This document shows, in pieces, positions 59,870-64,000 of a DNA stretch of 64,000 nucleotides. A program made the translations under genes and the position numbers. Under the pieces are notes generated by a model. That model had not been told where the DNA came from. It saw only the letters and a list, made by a program, of their open reading frames with translations, and did no database searches. Positions within the stretch are counted from its first letter, which is position 1. Every line of letters starts with the position of its first letter. Source of the stretch: Hamiltosporidium tvaerminnensis FI-OER-3-3 (lineage: Eukaryota; Fungi; Microsporidia); assembly GCA_022605425.2 (NCBI GenBank), contig JAKIMF020000005.1:496001-560000 (forward strand). Reading direction: 5' to 3'.

Positions 59870-61130
59870 GAGATGCTCTTTACAGACTCTCATTAATATA
59901 TGATTGGACCCAATTAATTTTCGTTGACCAAAGAAAATTGTTTCGATTGTCGTGTTTTTCAGCAATTACTGTTATAAATCTCTACCTTCATAGGTATTTG
60001 CAATTTTTTAAGATATATTCTGTTGGAGTTATCAGTTGCCTCCTAAATAATGGAATTCGAAATTATCTCAACAATATCCTTATCCATAAAACCATACAAA
60101 TTGATTAATAACTCCTTTTTCCGGTGTTTCCGATTCCGATTCTTTGAAGAGAATTCTAATAATTGATTTCATTAAAGTGTGATATATTTCAAGAAGTAGA
60201 ATAATATATTTGTAGTGAAAAAGTAAGGAATACTGTATAATTTTCTGATTTTCGATTCATTATAGTATCGGTGTACATATATTTTTAATCATGTTTATTT
60301 TTGAGAGTTTCGTGACTTAATGATCCAAATTGTAGTAAAGATTATATCGATAGCTAATTATTAAGAGCTATGTAGGTGTATAACACTCTATTTTTCTGGC
60401 CGATGCAGTATTATAGCGTTTTTCTCTTAATATCGAGCTTTACTTGCTCTACTGTTTTACATAATACTCGCAGCTTTTACATTTTCCTTCTGCTCCCCAA
60501 AATACTTTTATATCTAGATATTGCCAACCACTGTTTTATCGGAACGGTTTAGATTCGCTTGTCTAACTATCATTAAATGCTAACAACAAACATAGAATTA
60601 TTTTTTTGTATTATATAAATTTAAATGCAGTTTTCTTCAATCTATTTCCTTTATAATTAATCATTTGAGTCTTTTCGAACTCTTTTTGTATAGTTTCTTT
60701 ATGTAATATATATTTTATTGAAGGGAATCTGTTATGGGTTCAAGATGTGATTTATCAATATGCTTCCACCTTGAAGATTGCTCTTTTTAATTGATATATT
60801 TTTAGATTTTTTTATACAATTCAAAAATTATAGGTGCATATGTTCGCATCGCAACATATTGTAGCTAGAAATCTTTCAAGTTCTGTTCTAGGTAGGTACA
60901 AATGCTTTTTATATCTTTAGCGAAGACACATTTCGTTCTTAAATAACAACACATAGTGTATTTTGATCTAGAGAAGTAAGGCGGTATAATTGAGGCAATT
61001 ATATATGATAGTTTTTTAAAAATATTGCATGAAGTTATTCGTATGTCAAACTAGTTCCAAATGTCTTTATTCTGGGTGTTATATTGTTTTTTTCTCCTTA
61101 CAATAACCTACGTGTTATTTATTTCTGGTA
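59870..61130 (-). mobile_element. Old, highly decayed 3' half of the R4-like element
   Basis: Remnants such as CCTTCATAGGTATTT, TCTGCTCCCCAAAATAC, CTTCCACCTTGAAGATTGCT, GCATATGTTCGCATCGCAAC and CAAGTTCTGTTCTAGG are collinear with copy 3. Confidence 0.8.
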
Positions 61131-61760
61131 TCATTCATTATTTCTTAATTTTTATACGCATCGATACCTTCTAGAATAATGTTTTACTCGAGATGGCATA
61201 TAATTTGTTTTTACCTCTTTTTTTGATGTACAAGCTGGTTTTTCTTAAAAATTAAATAGTTGTCTAAGTCAAGATAATATCATATCCGTTCAAAAATATT
61301 TTTAAGTTTATATAGGTAATATAACCTTGCTTCGAATTACATTTTGAATATAAAAGGTCAAAAAATAAAACATATAAAAAATTTTGTTATAAAGTGGATA
61401 TTAAATATTAAGATTGGTATAAGACAATATTTTGGACTTAGATGGTATTTTATAGAACGTATTTACAATTATGAATGCTTCTTCGCATATATTTTCACTT
61501 TCATTTATATAGTTGTGGAATAACTCAATGCAAAGCACTTCAAAGTGATTTATTTGTTTGAAATATGTAAGAAAACAATAATAGAGTGTTAATCCCAAAT
61601 ATAACTTTTCCTGATTTGTTTAATGACTTTGAAAATCTTACAAAATCAATAATAATGTGAAGAAGTTAGACATGAAACACTTAAAAACTTTAAATGTTCT
61701 AAAAAAAAATTCTCACTATCTTTTCATAAGATTTCATTTTATATTGTATTATATTAAATT

Positions 61761-62487
61761 GGTGGAGGGAGGATAATCTCATAAAAAACTTTCTGCTTGT
61801 CAATGAGTGTGTGAAACTGGTGTGAGAATTATTGTTTGGATTTTTGGTGGGATTACAACCACACTACATCTTCGGTTGTTCCATGGGAGTTGTTATGAGG
61901 AGGAGAGGTCTAAGAAATGGAGAAACTTTTTCTACAAATTTATTTGTAGTTTTTTATGTAACCAGATTGTAGACCGCAGCTGAACATGTAAGTAATTGCC
62001 ATGTAAAAGCATGGAAACCTAGTCTTGCTCACTCGGGTTAGAAGACTTAGCGCCTGGAAGATATAAAAATAAAAACCATTTAAAGCCGGGAGAGCTAAGT
62101 GTCAGTTATACCTGTTGGTATGACATTGCACTGTCTAGGTGGACCCCATGTAAATCTCTAAAATATATCTTAGCTAGAAGTTTATTGGGTTCAGAAAGTG
62201 TAGAGTAAGTGGGAATGCTGCATAGTCTTGGGGGTGCCCAGGGGGGCTTAGCCTTCGATCACACTCCATGCAACGGACATTAACGAACTCCGGGCAACTG
62301 ACTCGCCTATTAATTAGGTTCTACACACACCTGGCAGATGAAAGGCTTTGGGACGTAGGTATCGCAGGGGTTACCGATGGAGTTTTGGGGTAGCAGTCAT
62401 TTATGTTAAACCTAGAACTGCGTTAATGTCATAAAAACAAATATAACACTTGCCACTATTTTAAAAAGATGTGATATTTTAAATAAA
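61761..62487 (+). mobile_element. Complete copy of the ~726-bp SINE-like element
   Basis: Reverse complement of 48510-49235 over its full length. Starts GGTGGAGGGAGGATAA and ends GATGTGATATTTTAAATAAA. Possible short TSD TAAATT. Confidence 0.88.
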
Positions 62488-63643
62488 TTTCATATCAAAA
62501 AGAAACCAGGAAAATACCGGTAGTAAAAAAAGTAAATTAAATAAAATAAGTGAAAATATCAACAAATTATAAAAAAAATATCGAAAACAAAGAAGTTTTT
62601 TTTCATAAGCAACGTAGCTATAGAATCGATCAATAGTTGAACAGGGACTTTAATATTTTTGCTTATATTTTTTTAGCTGGGGCCTGGCGTTCAGATATTT
62701 TTCACTGTAAAATTCGCATTTTTGGAAAATTTTCTGTGTATACAAAATCGAAAAAAAGAAAATTCAAGTTTACACAATATAAAATCAAGAAAAATATCAT
62801 AAGATTTTTTTCTTTCCAATTAGTGCTGAAAAAATGTTTTTTAATCAGAAATATTAAAACTGTGTACTTTATTGATGTATTTTACTAATTTCTTTTATTT
62901 TATAATTTTACATAAACTACTAATAATTAAAATTTGAACGAATAGACCGGAAATTTTTTAAAGTAGTATTTTTAGGCCAAAAAGTTTCTAGGATAAATCA
63001 AGAAAAAGGTATATATATTTAGGTAAATTTAATAATATAAGTTTATAAGAAGAAATTGGATTTTATTATTAATATTCTGAAAACTCCTTTAACTGGCATT
63101 TTATTTTGGTTATCTGTAAATTAAGTATTTTTAAAACCTTTCGAAAAATAATTATTGATGTGAAATAGGATAATTTTCATATGCGTATTATTGTTTTTTT
63201 GTATGTTTTAAATTTTATTTTATTAATTGAAAGAATTATAATGCGTAAAAACCAGTACATCATAGCCTCGCGATATTAAAAAACAATATTTAAACTTTAT
63301 TTGTACATGGTTTTTGATCTTTTAATTTTGAAATATGTATTTTTGATTGGATTGTAAGAATATATCAAAAAAACTCTAGTTATCACATATTCTTGGAAAT
63401 AATTATAAAATATTATTTATAGAGTCGAAATAAAACGAAGCTCAGGATAAAATTCATATAGAAAAGGGTTAAATCGCCAAGCTTATTGGCCAAAACCGGT
63501 TGGTAGCAGTAGTAGGTTCGATTAAAATAGACTCTGTTTAATTTTAACTAAACCAAGATTATGAAAACTATTCGAAAACATTTGAAAACATCCCAAAAAG
63601 AATATCATTCAATTATTATGCAAATTCGAAGATACACAGTAGA

Positions 63644-64000
63644 CTTTATTTAAAAGTATCACATCTTTTTAAAATATTGGCCAGTGTTATATTTGTTTCA
63701 TGACATTAACGCAGTTCTAGGTTAAACATAAATGACTGCTACCCCAACACTCCATCGGTAACCCCTGCGATACCCGTCCAAAGCCTTTCATCTGCCAGGT
63801 GTGTAGAACCTAATTAATAGGCGAGGAAGTTGCCCGAGTTCGTTAATGTCCGTTGCATAGGTGATCAGGCAGAAGCGTTCACATGCATATTCCACTTACT
63901 GTACACTTTTGCACAAACTTTGTAGATATATTTCAAGATTTACATAGTCCACTGATATGTCATACCAGTTACCTGTACTTAGTTTCTGGTTTTAATATTT
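63644..64000 (-). repeat. Partial copy of the ~726-bp SINE-like element (runs off window, increasingly deletion-rich)
   Basis: CTTTATTTAAAAGTATCACATC...CATGACATTAACGCAGTTCTAGG...CCTAATTAATAGGCGAGG matches 48510 onwards. Confidence 0.9.

Noticed and set aside
63868-63883. GCAGAAGCGTTCAC resembles part of the CPEB3 HDV-like ribozyme
   Set aside because: It occurs only in the deletion-rich terminal copy. Better copies read GAAGGCCGAAGCCC here, and no HDV fold can be built. Coincidence.

Overview
AT-rich, gene-sparse, transposon-rich eukaryotic DNA. It is most consistent with a large-genome microsporidian (Hamiltosporidium-like; inferred from compact intronless divergent housekeeping genes and CCC-type motifs just upstream of most ATGs). 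Housekeeping genes are eIF3i/TIF34, MetRS, CLP1, NOC2-like, TSR3, ENP2/NOL10 and MCM3, plus three orphan secreted/membrane ORFs. The window is dominated by one R4/Dong-type non-LTR retrotransposon family (RT + CCHC + restriction-like endonuclease): one intact copy (ORF 49303-53064) and at least seven broken or partial copies. Also present are a near-intact DD39D mariner with 31-bp TIRs and decayed Merlin, IS630/Tc1 and integrase remnants. The main unexplained structure is a ~726-bp non-coding, hairpin-rich repeat in five copies, with a 14-bp target-site duplication and a LINE-like AATAAA 3' end. It behaves like a non-tRNA SINE partner of the R4 element and is itself interrupted by one R4 copy. 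Other notable items are a 236-bp RTE-derived mini-element with a candidate ribozyme-like 5' fold, and a >6-kb imperfect inverted duplication around an orphan gene, which may partly be an assembly artefact.
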